A stretch of DNA of 64,000 nt from Lingula anatina (GCA_051362555.1 CM120640.1:7378001-7442000), one strand, 5' to 3'; numbered from the stretch's first letter, positions 13,961 to 28,562 are shown. Notes: generated by a model not told the origin, from the sequence alone. Program-made: numbers and translations.

Positions 13961-16385
13961 GAGGGGAAGGGTAAGTTGTCCATATCTCTCAGATTTGTAA
14001 CAAACTACAATATAAATTAGTAAATAAATAATGATAATGATAATTAAAGATGATGATAAATGAAGATAATGATTATGATTATAATACAAAGGTTCTTTAG
14101 TGATCTAAATAAATGTTAACTGGTAAATAAAAGCAGCAAACAAAATGTGAACATCATTTAAAAACTGGATTTGAAACTTGAAGGAGCAAATTTTGACTTC
14201 CAACAAAGATGATTCAGTTTGTAGTTTCTGTTCCATCTTCCAGCATTTAAAGAATTTTGCCTGACATGATAAAACCACACGCAAGTGAGAAAAAAAAAGA
14301 GAACATAAAAAAAGACACTATCTAGCACACAGACCAATTTTTTGAGGAATTTGGGTGTTTGCTGAACACCTCATCATTTGTGATCCAATTACCATCAGTG
14401 AAGAGAAAAGGAAAGCAGTATATAAACAGAACTTCACCAGGATAGGGGTCCACCCACACAGCATGAAGTGGAGATCTTGGCTCTGTATAGAAATAGATAA
14501 GAATAAAAACTGTGATTTTTAGGTCAAGTCTGCCTTAAAACATGATCTTAAACAATGCACCTTAGTGTACAGTAAACGTTTTGCTTTAGCAGTCCTACTC
14601 AAGCTTGCTTGCTTTCTTGGTTGCAGTTGTTGATGTTTGATTTGTCAGGAAATTAAAAATTCCTGCCCCCTGTTCAAATGAACAGAGGTGGCATTCTGCT
14701 CAAACGTGCTATTTCATATACATATATATATCACTGTAGTCATAGCAACCTGCCCAGCTGTTTCTGGGCACACACACACCCCTCCCCCTGTGTCTCTACG
14801 TTGTTGACCATAACATCCGTACAGCTGCTTTGAAGAACATTAAAAATAGATGAAAGTATTTATTGAATATGTTGTTAAAAGATTGTTGACTTGTCATATA
14901 ATTTTGTTGGGTATTGGAATTAGTGTAAATTTACAGAAGTATACCTCTTTATGTATAATCTGTAGTGTCATTTTGCTCACACGTCTTAGCTTGTTAGCTA
15001 GGGTGGCCATATATGAACATACTTCTGAGGGGATGCTGAAGAAGTTAATCACTAGATTCTTGTTATAAGAGTGGTTTACCGAGGAATACCATAGGAGTAT
15101 TTTTCTGCGACCAAATCTCAACTCTTTTCAAAAGCCACTCGATTCCATTTTTCATTCCCTCAGCCACATTTGAACTGACAATATGAATAATGTTCATGGA
15201 AAAAGAGTGGACACAGTGAAAAGCTGCAGTATTGTTGACCCTTGTTCAGTATTTGATCTAGTCGCCTCTTACAACAAGAGTCACACATACAGGGATTTGT
15301 TAGGCAGCTAACATAATTTGTACTACATTATTATTTGAAGGCAGCAGCAGCTTTCCATACAACAGAAACCGATGGTACTGATCACTATTAACATTAGTTT
15401 ATGCTATGCAATGTAAATATCATAAGATTTTGGGGTAAAAATTTTTTTCTCAATTTTTATTGATATTTTTTAAATAGTTGGCCCTAGGCTTTAGGATCTG
15501 ATGTGGAATATTTAAATCACAAAAAAAAAATTCATGTTTTTCTGCTACTTTTAGTGGTGGGAGTGGAGCATTATGCAACTAATTTTATTTTTTGAGCTTT
15601 CTAATCTCATTAATTGTATCGATCTGATATACTTTTTGCAGCCTTGGAGTTTTTGCTCTCTATCTCAGATAACAGTTTTATTGGCACTTTTGGTAATTGG
15701 ACTGCCAAGTAAAACATAACATAGTTAGATACTAGTAAACTTCTTGAATCTCGCACAAAGTTTGGCCCCTATATATATTTATTTTCTCTGTTCTCTGCTT
15801 TTCTAGCTTTGTTCATTTGATCTTAATGTGTATGCTGTGTTATGTATTTAAACTAAAAATAGTTGTTCATTTTTTGTTATTTTGATTGTTTTTGTTGTCT
15901 CCTTTTTTCATTGGATCTGACATTAGATGGTTTCTAAATATCTATAAATTTTGCTTTGCAGTTTTAGCAAGCATTGCTTGACTATGTTATTGTTGACCTA
16001 TTATATACATATTATTATATCCAAGGATTTGCTGTGTTGCCAGTGTTAAATTTACATTTTTATTTATAAGGGCAAAACTATATGTTGCTGTAAACATAGC
16101 AGCATTATTTCATAGTCATTTTTCTGGCAAATGTCAGAAGTGTTACTTTTATTGTTGTTATCTATGTTCCCACTTCATTGCTTTTCCCCAACAAATATTT
16201 TTACTAAGTTTTTTGTGTAGTCCATTTATTATCATTAAATAAAGATGTGCCTCTTAAATGCTTATTATGCCAATATTGCAACATGATAAAATGTTGTGAA
16301 CGTTAATTTATCGCCCTTGTAGATAGGGAATAAGGGGTAAACCTTAAGTAGATCAAATGCTCTTATGTGTCAACATGCAGATGAT

Positions 16386-16406
16386 TTATTATTATTATTA
16401 TTATTA

Positions 16407-16449
<43 letters not shown>
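16386..16449. repeat. (ATT)n microsatellite
   Basis: Directly visible, with one interruption. Confidence 0.95.
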
Positions 16450-19060
16450 CTTAAGATAATATAATATTTAAGTATAACAAGCACATGTTGGGTTGTACTG
16501 TGCTTATGAAAAATAATAGAGTGAAAAGTCATAATATTATGAGGAGAAGACTGCCGGTGTATATAGTCTTTAGGTGGTGGAGGGTGTGTATCATCATAAT
16601 GCCTGTATATAGATATATTTATGTGACAAACACACTGAAGATCTAACTGGGACAGGGTTGTCAAGGAGGCTGAACTAAGCCTTTGATTTTTTTCCCTCTT
16701 TATTTCATTGTTAATGTGATAGTTACCTATTTTGGCAGGTGAAAGAGATGCATTTGGAGAAAATTTCTTCATTTCATGCACTGCTTCTGGAGTTATAGCC
16801 TAATATTTCTTCATCTGTCAGACTTCGATTTTACATCTTAGAAATGATTCTATGTAGAAAAATTCCATGAACCATGAAATAAAAAAGGAAAAATAATATG
16901 ATAAAGTATATATTTAAGTATATATATATTGACAGAATGGGATGCTCGCCACATCTCAACTGAAGCATTAAGTTTCATATTACTCCTGTTACTTGCAATA
17001 CAATGTATCTGAAAATATATAGACCCACTTCCATTGATGCCAATAATGTATACATAACACTGCTATATATAACACAGTAAAAACACCAATTTAAATATGC
17101 CACGTACCTGTACATGTATAATGTCCAGTCAAACCTAAATTATAATCAGTATGTGTATGTATGTATAGCTTTTGTTTTACTGTTATTTGTTTTTGTTGTT
17201 ATAAATGCACTATTGTTTGCTTGAGAGAGATCCACGTGCATTCAAAATATATTAATGATTTTCATGAAATATTTTAAAATGTTTAAAATGCAAACAAAGG
17301 TTATGGGCAGAGAGACATTTTCTTTTATCAGGTAGCATAGAATCAAGCGTTAGGTAAGTTATATGCGGAGCATTAAATTTCCAAGAAAAATTATTTATGG
17401 GGCATATGCTCGAAGACTGTAAAATTTTTTTGTAATTAAAAGAATGTTAATTGAGATAAGTATTTAATTGGTCAAAACTGTAAAAATGCTAATTTTCTGA
17501 ATGTATCTAAATATTAGTTCTATTTTATTTTGTATCGTACATTGTTTCCTACAGTTAATTACTTGCAAAACAAAGTTGAATATTACTTGGAAATCACTGA
17601 AAAATTCTACTGCCTGTTATCAAAGTATTTTCTTATATGTGTCTGCCACGTATGTAGTTTTCCGTGGGTTTTGTGTTCTGTTTAATAAGCCTTTTTAGTT
17701 AATATTTTAATAGTATTAGCTGCTCTCCTAAAGCCAGAAAATATTATAAAAGGGAACTGGCAACCGTATTACTTGGTTTGTTAACCTATAAATTAAGTGA
17801 ATAAAATATACTTGGGTTTATTTATGCGATAGTTTGGTCTTGTTCTTTGCACAGCAACGTATATTGAAGACTAATCTACTGTATCACTACAGGTAGACTT
17901 TTTGAATATCTACCGTGTTTGAAATAATCACCCTCCAACAGGGCCACAGACTGATATTCCACTACATATCCACGGGTATTTTTCTGGCTAATTCATGACA
18001 ATTCTCTACTGTTCACACTAAAAGGTACAGGTTTTAATGTAACCTGGTCTATTTCACTCCGACTGATTTCTCCAGTAGAATTTAGCCTGCAACTGATCAT
18101 GAGCCGCTGTGCCGTGCAGTGAAAACAGCCAGAATGAGTTGAGGTTTTGTTTATAAATAGGCTTACCTTTCTGGTATAGACATATTGATTATCAAAGGTA
18201 AGTTAAGGAAAATGTATAAATAGTTTATTGAAATCGAATGCACCTCTGTCGTGATGATTAATAACCATATATCAAAATACAATAGAATGAAAATATGATA
18301 TAATAAAACAAGGAAATGTTTATGCTAATCACGCACTTCGACTTTGGAAACATTTCTGTACATAGCGACTCACTTATATGGCTGATACGTCCTGAGTTGT
18401 TAGTAAAGCAAAATGTGTGTGTGATATGATTGGATATCTTTAACTATTACAAATTTGGTTGCATTTGCGTAGTTCTACTTGGACCAGTAACTTGTCCATA
18501 CATTGTACATCAAGTACCATTAAAATCTGATGATAACGTACACATTCACATATAATAATAGCACATCTGAATTTTTCTTCACTCGCCACCCAAAACATAT
18601 ATACAGCTAAATGTGTGCAGATCGGACAATGGGTTAAAAGAAAAATAAATGTATTTTTGCGTCATCGATGATCTTCTAGGGCTTTTCAGCTTTCATGAAC
18701 TGAGTCTCGACAAGACCCCAGAAATATGTGTTTATGAGGCATGTAAGTCCACAGTGCCTCAGCTTTCCCTTGTTTCATACTATGTAAACGGTTACTTTTT
18801 CACCTCGGGTAACGGTTAGAACGGGGGTAACATTTAAGCTTTTATAAACGCTACCGGTCTTGATAACTCATATATTCAAACAGAGGAATATATAATTATA
18901 TATATGAAACCCCACAATCCCGCCACCGATCCTTTTGATAGAAAGAATTAGTGATTTTTTAAGAACTTTATGTTGAGCAGATTTGTGATATAAGCTGCCT
19001 TTGTTCTCCACCCGTAAATTTCCGAGAACATGTTGTACTGAGCAATTCTGTAACAATAAT

Positions 19061-22000
19061 CTACACACGCACGCTATTTGCATCGGCAATTGTGTCTGTT
19101 TCCAAGTCATTTTCAAACACCATGTTATATTCCAGTGAGCTTGGCAGACTGCTCTGTTCGAGTTCGTAATTCCAGAATGAACGCAACGGGGACGTGGACA
19201 CGGCACGCGAGGTGCGACACCAGTCACCGTTGACGTACAGAGAATCAATGTAATGATTTTCCCTTGGGCGAGTTGTTTCTCCTGGACGCGGAGAATGTCT
19301 TAGTTGTGGTCTGGCATACGTTTCTCTGCCAGTAGTGTGAGTTCCTAAGGAGCAAAAAATGGAGAATTTAGCTTGTATTTGCCTTTCTTCGATAAAAAGA
19401 AAATATTCATATTTATGTTAAAAAACAACAAAATAAAGGGCCGGATCTAATAAAACCTGTAGTAGAAGTTTTTGTTACCAAGAAAATTACTGATGGTTTT
19501 TTTTTCCTCTCTCACAAACCGTGGACTTGACATTTCCTACCACCATTAAAAAATCGACACAAATTAAAAATTAGCTGCCCGTTAAACAGCAGCTCACAAA
19601 ACAAAAAATCGGTATCGTCTACTGTCTACTGTTTGCAGAGTCGCCCCTTGTAAACCATCTTATTAATTTTGTCTAGTCTCGAAGTTTAGTGTTATTTGTT
19701 GAATTCACTGAAGTATAATTTTCGCTTAGTCATTGAAGCGGGTAACAAAGAAAAATAATTTTGAAAATAAATTTCAACTGATAAAACATTGCTATAATAG
19801 GAAGGTCCATGTTAATATCTTCACTACCTGGGGGGTTCCTTTCTTTTCTTTGACAGCAGAAATTCTTAACGAGAACTGCTACCACAATTGTCAACACAAC
19901 GCTGAGGAGGACCAGAACGGCAAGAACAACTGGGTTAACTTTACTGAAGGCGTCTTCTTTCTCGGTCACTACAGCGTTGGTGGTCAAACATTGAGGGCAA
20001 TTCAAATCATCGTCCATCTCCGTGTCAGCTGTAGTCATGGCCAGACATTTCAGACAGTTAGGATCACCTCGTGCACACTCGGACTCATTGCCTGCAGGGG
20101 ACCTCTGGTTGTGAAGTCTGATATCCCGCTCACGCAGCTCCAGACCTCTTGATTCAGTATAGAGCCCGACCTGGTTCGTAAAAGAAGAAACACTTATATT
20201 TGGTTAATATTTCAAGATGTTTCTTATTTTCATTAGTCTTTTGCACATAATGTGCATTCAAAATGCATCCTTTTGTTTCAGTTGACAATATATGTTTTAT
20301 AAAAGATAAAGAATTATTAGACGTCAAGTTCACTAAATCAACGTCCCAATACGTTACAAAGCAATTCATATTAGAGGTACAAATACTGTTCTAAACAGCC
20401 AGGTTACTCACCCCAACATATTTGGGATGAGTTTCAACTTTTTGAATATTCAGAATTTCGAAGCCTGCACTGCCATCTCCATTGTCATCAAAGGGTATAA
20501 CCACTTCTCTAAAGTCGTTCCTCAGTCTAACCTTCTTTATCTCATCATACAGTGTTGAGACTCCTGCCGTAGAACGCATGAGAGGACAAAGCTCTGTGGT
20601 GCCGCACACTTCTTCTAAAGCTGCCTCAATGCCGTTTGCCGCAGCGTACACAGCAAGAATGGTGTATACTGTCCAAGGGTCCTCAGAATTCAAAACCAAT
20701 GACTGCCCGCACGGAGGACGCGACTTAGCCAAGGAATTCGGTAAATAACAGTTAAAGTTTTCTTCCCAGTACGTTCTAAACCAGGGATTCCTGTGGTTGG
20801 TTCCAGGTTTTAAAGAGCGTAGGTATCTGTCAAATTCTGGAAAATCCCTGGTCTTTTTCTCCAGTCTGAATGTTAAGTGTCCTTCGGCCATATTTTCCAA
20901 GCCCTTAATAACATTAACACTATCGCTCCACCCTTCACTGCCTACGAGAATATAGCGTCCCCCTAAGCGTCTTCCATTCATTTGCTTGAGTACCTCTCGT
21001 GCTAAAAAGTCATCCAACATTAAGACCACGACATTTGCGGCAGGGTAGTTCAGAAGGTTCTGTACGATCTCGGGAACTATTTGCTCAGATTCTGCCTTAC
21101 TGAACGGCATCTCTTGCGATAAAGCAATACATATCTTAGAAACGTTAGCGTACTTTTTAAAGGCTCTGATGCCTGCCCGAGCATAGTGGTTTTCTGTGTT
21201 GATAGTAGCAACATATTCCCACCCTAAAGACCTCAGCATCATAACCATAGCGCGCGCTTGCCCATCAATGGCCGGCACGGTTCGAAGGAAGTAAGGGTAC
21301 GCCTCGCGGTTACTGAGGTCTGTGCTTACAGACCCGTACGATATCAAAGGGATTTTTAAAGCCGTCAGGATGTCAGCCACTGTCATAGACACAGAGCTGG
21401 AGAACGCCCCAACTACTGCTGCCACCAATTTGCTGTCTATCTTCTCGCCTGATTTGGGATCTTTCAGTATAAGGTTGCCGGAGAAAAAATTGAGCAGAAG
21501 TTGACTTGCACGTAGGGCATTGTAACAGTCATCCAGCACAATGGCTCCGAAGTTTGGTTTGTTCCCACTTCTACTGCTAGGATATCTGCTCTGATTTAGA
21601 GTATCCATGGCATAAAGAAAGGCCTCCACCAGGGGGACAGAGCCAGTCAGACTCCTAAAGGCGCCACAATCAGTCGGTCTTTTGGCTTCATGCAAAGAAA
21701 ATATTCCAAGTATCAAGACCTTACCCGGGACATACGCAAAAGGTATTTCTTCTATGACATTGGTTTTACATGTTGAGCAACCTTGTCTGCAAGATGACGC
21801 ATGGTGGTCGTCCAGGGCAAGAGATATCTTTAAGCCACTTTGGGAGTGACTTCCAATTCTTTGAAATGTACCACTCGTAAACTGGTTGACAAAATAATGA
21901 TTTGAGTCACTACTGTTCAGATCCCCGTTAGCATCAAAAGTACCCCGTGTTTTATTTGGGAATAGTCGAGGAAATCTGTTATACTCCAAAGTTACATTAG

Positions 22001-25000
22001 CCAGATAAGGGACAAGCGAAGAAGAATTCATGTTTCTCAGACTTTGACAGAACCCGGGCACATTGTTGCAGCGGACATTTTGGGCATTCTTGACAGCGGA
22101 CGCCAACGCTAGTACTGCCTCCATTGCTTTCTCAACGTAATGGGTTTGCACAAAACTGGACTCAATCTCGCTGTCTGGTACCTCCTCGCAAACTCGCCCA
22201 CTCACTCTTTGAAAACGAAGTCGCATTTTGGAAAGTAATTCTTTTGGAACCGTGGCATCCTTAAATAAACAATTATAGTATTCCATGAAATATTCGTCCA
22301 GCCAAAGTTTGTAGTGCATACAATCCGCTTCACAAGTTTCATTCCTGCTTCTTACACGTTTCATTAAACCCAACCAGTGGTTGCGGAAATCGGCAATCTC
22401 TGAAAAAGCAGGCGCCAAAGTGATGGTACCGTCACTTACAGCGCCCTTCAAATGCCAAAAGTGAGCGTTATTTACGTCAATAGAATCAGGAAAAATCCAC
22501 CGTAGCTGACTGGGATGAAGGTCGGTCGACAATTGTATATTCTCTGCCCATACCTTGAGCAACTGCACAGCAGCAGGTGCCTGACCAAAGTACACCACTC
22601 CTAAAATGCTGGACGCGTTGTTTCGGATTATCTTGGAGATTTTCCGTATTATGTTATACGAAGTGATGTCATTGGTAGGTGGAGAAACAGAAATTGTTTC
22701 AGACATTGCGATGCATATTCCAGAAGCTTTAGACAATTTGTGAAACTCTTCAATCCCTTCTGTGCCATAATTGTCATCAGTGTTGACAGTCGCCACGTAC
22801 GTCCAGTTCAACCTGCGTACTAGTGCCACGATAGCCTGCCAAAGATTCAGAAAAAGTACAGAAGGTATTAACGACACTTTCGTTCTTCTTCGACAATTAT
22901 GTCTAAATGTTTTCATCAATAAAACCTTTAATTTATCTTTGCAAAATATGACAGGACTGTGATGCCCATCATTATTTTGTACCGCAAAAGTAATGCCTTC
23001 CGATTAAGTGATGCAAAAACCTTTAGCATAACCTTTGGCATAATCCATTTTGTATTCATTTAGTATGCAGTCATGTGGATTGATGAGAAATAACGAGCGA
23101 CGCTTTAGCTCTGTTACAAAGATTAAAAAGTTAAAAGATTGCAAAAGATAAATACAACACAAAACAACTGTTATGCAGAACCCACTAATTATTCACCTGG
23201 ATTTGGTGCAAATCAGACGGCACGGTGCGAAAGTAGCTTGGGAACAAAGTTTTGTTAGAAAACTTGCTCACAGTAGTGGAAAATGCCACCTGTGGTATGT
23301 TTCTCCCTTTCAATGCATCCGACACCGCCTCAGCAGGCCCACTGCTAGCGGGACCTAAAATACCTGAATTTAGGAGAAAAATTATATTCATTATGATAAA
23401 TTTCTTAAGAATTAGTGGTTTATGGTGACGCCGTTGAAAAAAAATATGGACCCAAATTTCAATGTGAGAGCGAATTCTCTACATCTGGCATCCTTGTTTG
23501 CAGAAAAATCTCAAGATTGATTTTGTTGTAACGCAGCACCTTTGATGCTTGCTTTGTCCATTCTATGATATGTTTTTTGGTCGAAATGCCACATAAATAT
23601 TCATACAAGAATCTGTGTGGGCTTTGTAAAAATCTGTTTTTGGAAAAATTGTTAAAAACCAAGTGGAACTGACAATACTGGTTTATGTGATATTCGTATA
23701 AAATGGCTTACATGCTTTTCAGGCGTGCACATTACAAAAAAAAAGGGATGAAATACACGGTAACTAAATAAATAATGGCAACATTTATTCGAAATATATC
23801 ACAGTGCAAAAAAGTATTAGCAAAGGTTTGAAAGTGAAAGGATTTCAATCACAGCTTATACACCTGAAAAACATCAATGAACCGTTACAGAAACATACAA
23901 AGCAATGCAATGCCTAATAAAAAGTCCCAACTCTTATGTGGATCGATTTGACGTCATTTCATTTTTCAGTGTTATTTTGACTTTCTCCTGGGTCACGCTC
24001 TTTTTACCGCGCGTTTCCAGTAAATACATGTACGTATCCATTATCACGGCCAGGGCGCCCTCACTGGAGTGATGTTTGTTAACTGGTTTTGTCATGTGGC
24101 AGTAAACTCGACTTCAACCAAACAATGCAATTGCATTAAAAAACGCAAATCTGCAAGACTATTATATTTGTAATGTGTAGATTTCGCTTAGGTAGGGACC
24201 TGTAGTTTTTATTTAAAACATTTGATTTACGCCCTAAAGAAGCTCATCAGTATTTTACCAACAGGGTATTACAAAAAGGTTGTCATGTAGAGTTAAATAT
24301 TCAGTTTAAGTTAAAAGATGGTTCAGCTTGCCTATTTCTTGATTGCACATTGATTCCATCAAGAAAATTATTAATTTGATGCCACAAATGTACTTACCAA
24401 GAACTGGTGTGTGCTCGATATCCTGTCGGCAGGACGGATAGTAATTAGGATAGATATCGGGGAGACTTTGGAGCGCCGCCCGGGTTGCCAGAGCAGGATT
24501 CCCACACGTATCATACATCTTCATGTCTACATAAAAGATAAAAGATTAACGTATTTAAATATATTATTTCAATCTCTGCTTTTTTGTATCTTATCTGAGG
24601 TGTTTTTCAGTAATCTTTTGTTACATGTGGTCTCTTTACACAGGTTCAAAAAGAAATATCTATACCACGTAAAATCATTTGAATAAAGAATATACACTGA
24701 CAATGGTGGAGAAACTTCGTGGCATCCGATGGGCTTACTCACTTATATCATCTTACTTTTAGAAATATTTTTTGAGCTCACCAAGCTTTACTCCAGGGAT
24801 AAAGTCGTGTTCGTTGATAAGTGTTGTCATCCACTGAACGGCAACCATCGTCTGCACATCCATTGTGGAGATAACTGCACACTCGGTGTTATAGGCGCTG
24901 GGTTGATGGATGCTGAGTAGGGCCAAAAACGTTATAGTATTGTTTGTTCTGACTGCCTGAAAACACGATCCTCCATCCACACCTTGACTTTGTACAACAC

Positions 25001-25052
25001 CAACAGAAAACAGAGACAGGGCCGTGATCATAGACACCGTGGTCATGACCAT
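19061..25052 (-). CDS. Tandem double Venus-flytrap (mGluR/CaSR-type ligand-binding domain) single-pass membrane protein, paralog 1, ~1205 aa
   Basis: Exons in transcription order: 25052-24782, 24526-24398, 23363-23197, 22835-20412, 20170-19828, 19344-19061 (TAG); 3618 nt, in frame. Signal peptide, then VFT1 (YDTCG, GILGPASS, IPQVAFSTT, FPSYFRTVPSD, WTYV, DDNYG, GICIA) and VFT2 (PGKVLILGIFSLH, DDCYN, GAFSSSVS, IPLISYGS, YPYFLRTVP, GSEGW, NHRNPWFRTYWE). Single TM PVVLAVLVLLSVVLTIVVAVLV, then a ~105-aa tail. Confidence 0.88.
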
Positions 25053-27400
25053 CTAAAAGATATCAAATGTAGTTTTAACTTATATTTAGTGTTAAAAACA
25101 AGTGAAAAATGAACATAATGTTGTTTTTTTCTCTATTTTAATTTTTTTACAGCAGGCCTACGAGCGTTCTGCCTACTCCGAAGACATGGTATTTTTATCG
25201 AAACAGGTGCCTTGTGGCAAAGATCCAAAATCATATTTATTTTGTTTTGGATCCTAGATTGTAGTAATGCTTTACAGAATGCCAGCACTTCAGGACATCA
25301 ACTGTAATAAATACTTACATAAGATATTATCAAGTTTTAAATAAATTGGATTTTACAGCTACCGTGTTGTACATGATAATATTCTGTTTTGCTTCAAACT
25401 GGCTATAGATATTTAGATTTCTATAAATAATATTTGAAGCAAAGAAGAATTTTCGGACATCCCGGTCAAAATGATGCATTAAAAGTAAATGTATGATACA
25501 AAATAACAAACAATAAGCAGGAAAATGGAAATTGTCAGATATCAAGTTATTACTCAAATCAGAGTAAGAATCAGAACTTTTCACTTAAAATTTACCTACA
25601 TTGTAATAACAAAACTGAATAAAAACTTCTGAAACACTACGGTCTTTAGTCTTATTAAGTAATTGTTGCAATCTGCAATGATGAGGCAAAAAGGTAAAAA
25701 TTTTCAGAAAAAAATTGTCCCTACAGACCCAATTTCCAACCTGTTGTGCTTTAGTACAAAATATGACAACAGTAAGTTTTGCGGAAAATATTGCGCTTCC
25801 CTCGATATTCTGCTTAAAGAACGCCACCTTTGGAAATTCTTATCAGGAACATTATCCAACCTAATTGGCTTGTATTTTGATCCTGCCATCGTCCCGCCAG
25901 GTTTGAAACAATGCCATTCACACTAACGTTTTTGCTTATTCACTTTCAAGGAAAGTTTAAGACAAAATGTATATAAAATTTTTGACTTATATCACTAATA
26001 ACACTATTATGTAAAAAAAAGTGACATTATCCGACCACAGTTTCTGTTGGGATATATTTGACCGTGGTTCATTTGATTATTAACGAGGCAGAGTTTAACG
26101 TGCAGCGTTATGCTATTCTGGCTGTAACAGAAGCAGTCATGGACAAAATTACAAAATTCGTTAATACATGTATGTCCAAGGGGCAGTTGAGCGCATCAAA
26201 TATGGTGTTTGCTGTCCCCCTTTTCGTGATAACTTGATATGTTTTCCCCAAGAATTTATTAGTAAATTGCTCGCAATCTACTGATAAGTTCTCAAAAAAA
26301 GACACACAAGTGGTATATCGGTATATCGTTGTTGGGCAGTATGTGTATTCGAGGAGTTCGAAAGAAATGCACAGTTGGCCAGAAAAAGACCCACTCTTAA
26401 TCAAAATTTCATCTTCCTCATATGCACACTTCCTCTTTTTACCCATTGATTGCACCAGCCGTTTCACTGTGATCATACTCACTTTACACTTCATCACTAG
26501 ATGCTCCCGAACCCTTCACTTTACGGTTTGTAAAAGTGTGGCTGAAACGTGGAAAGTAAATCCATCTGAAATTTCCCACCTGGTGGGCTGTACATGTGTC
26601 TTTACATCTGGGGTCCACGACGTCAAGGCCAGCATAAGCAACAGGTATGTCGTTATTTCTTACGGGTCGTTGGACACTTTACTTCGAAAGGAGAGGTCAA
26701 ATACACAAACCTTACATTGAATTTAACATGGCTATGTGGAATTTCCATTTCTTAAAATAGAATCAGGAAGAAGAGTTTTATTTAGCAAGACATCTTGTCA
26801 TTGGAACAGTACAACAATAAATTACAAGGAAGCATTGGTGTTGACAAAGGAAAGTAATAATACAGATGATAAGCATAAGAATAAGAAGAGGACAAAGCAT
26901 CAAAGCGGAACTTACAGTGATTCTCACAGATGCGACGTAATGGTTTCCCTGCAGGACTCACAAGTTTACAAGATTTCTGTTCTCTCCTACATTCTGAGTC
27001 CTAAATATCTAAGTGTACTAGTGTGAAAGCAGAGGGCTTTTGCCATTACTTCTTATATTTTTCTGAAGTCATTATTAATGGCCATAAACAGACAAAATGG
27101 AATTCATCCTTTAGAAATTTTACGTCACACAATTTACAGTTTTTTTTCTTTGGTACCTTGCAATGTTGTTTAGTTACTTATGTAATAACGTGCAGTGTAA
27201 AGGTAAAAGATTAGATCGTAAATAATATCTGCCCCATGGTCGACTATTTTACATAAATATTCTCCCTCTTTAAATCATGACTAAAAATGTCAAATGAAGA
27301 CACATTTATTACATCTCTGTAAAAAGACATGACGCATTCATGTATGTCTTTTGATATTAATTTAAAAGGCCCACATTTAAAGTAACCCTCCAAAAAACGA

Positions 27401-27401
<1 letters not shown>

Positions 27402-27433
<32 letters not shown>
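27402..27433. repeat. (AAT)n microsatellite
   Basis: Directly visible. Confidence 0.9.
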
Positions 27434-27436
<3 letters not shown>

Positions 27437-28562
27437 GTTCCGAAGACTACAGTTAAAACAAAAACATGGGCAGCCAGTGTAACTCTTTCAATATGAGGGG
27501 TTATAAATAAATTAATATATAATATAATATAAATATATTATATTGTATATATTATAATATAAATATATAAAAATGAATATGAATGAATATTTGTCAAATC
27601 AAACAAAATGGAACTGGATATATTTCTAATATCCCTGATATGTTACTTTTGCGAGTGGTTTCATTCTGATCAGATCATATTGGGCCGAATTCTTTTTTCA
27701 AAATGCACCAATCGTTAAATATTTCTCAATTTAGACTCATTTCCATAGACCCCATCGCTCTGCGAAGATCGATCCAATCTTGCAGGAATTGTTTGAATTT
27801 AACTCAATGACAAGCCTCTTCAAGGCATTGTGTACAATACAGAAGCTGTTGATTGTACGAGTACACTGGAAACATTGAGGAAACGTGTTATTCAGTTGAC
27901 TGCACTCAGCACGAGTCCCCGCAAAGTTCGATCAATCTACGTAGTCCGATGTTGTCAATGGAATGAGGTCATATCAATGGCTTTTAACAACTCACTGCCA
28001 AAAATTTTAAAGTCCACATCACATAATAAATTCACATTCATGCACATGCTCATGAAAATATTTCACAGGTTTATTAGTTGTCACTAACGCAGTTTCCAGA
28101 TTTATAATTAGCGTAGTGCATATAGGGTGACTCTGACTGTTAAAAAAGATGCATGTAATTGTAAAATTTATTCAGTATAACAGCAAAATACTCTATTTAT
28201 TCTTCATGTAGTGACCATACCCCTGCAGTGTACATTCCCATGTTGTGTCCGTACACATGTAGTGATGATGCCAGGGCTCCGTATCTCGAAAGGTTCGCTA
28301 TGTTGCGCACGTGTGTTAGTGTCTCGATTCCATAACCGATTCTATTTCGAGATACGGGGCCATGAAATCGAGACACTTGCGTACGTGCAACTTTTTTAAC
28401 AAAGCTGCAGGTTGCCCATTAATAACAAAGAATTTGAAAAAGTAAAAATTTGTTTTCTTAAAACATCCACCTTTAGTACTGGTTGATACATGTACAGTAG
28501 TGACCATGCCGCATTTTTTATGTACATGAAATTCGTCATAAAATATTATTTGAAATTAATAA

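Noticed and set aside
26108-27026. Cluster of 96-136-aa ORFs between the two flytrap genes
   Set aside because: No recognisable domain or consistent splice structure. It could be decayed sequence, but I cannot support a call.
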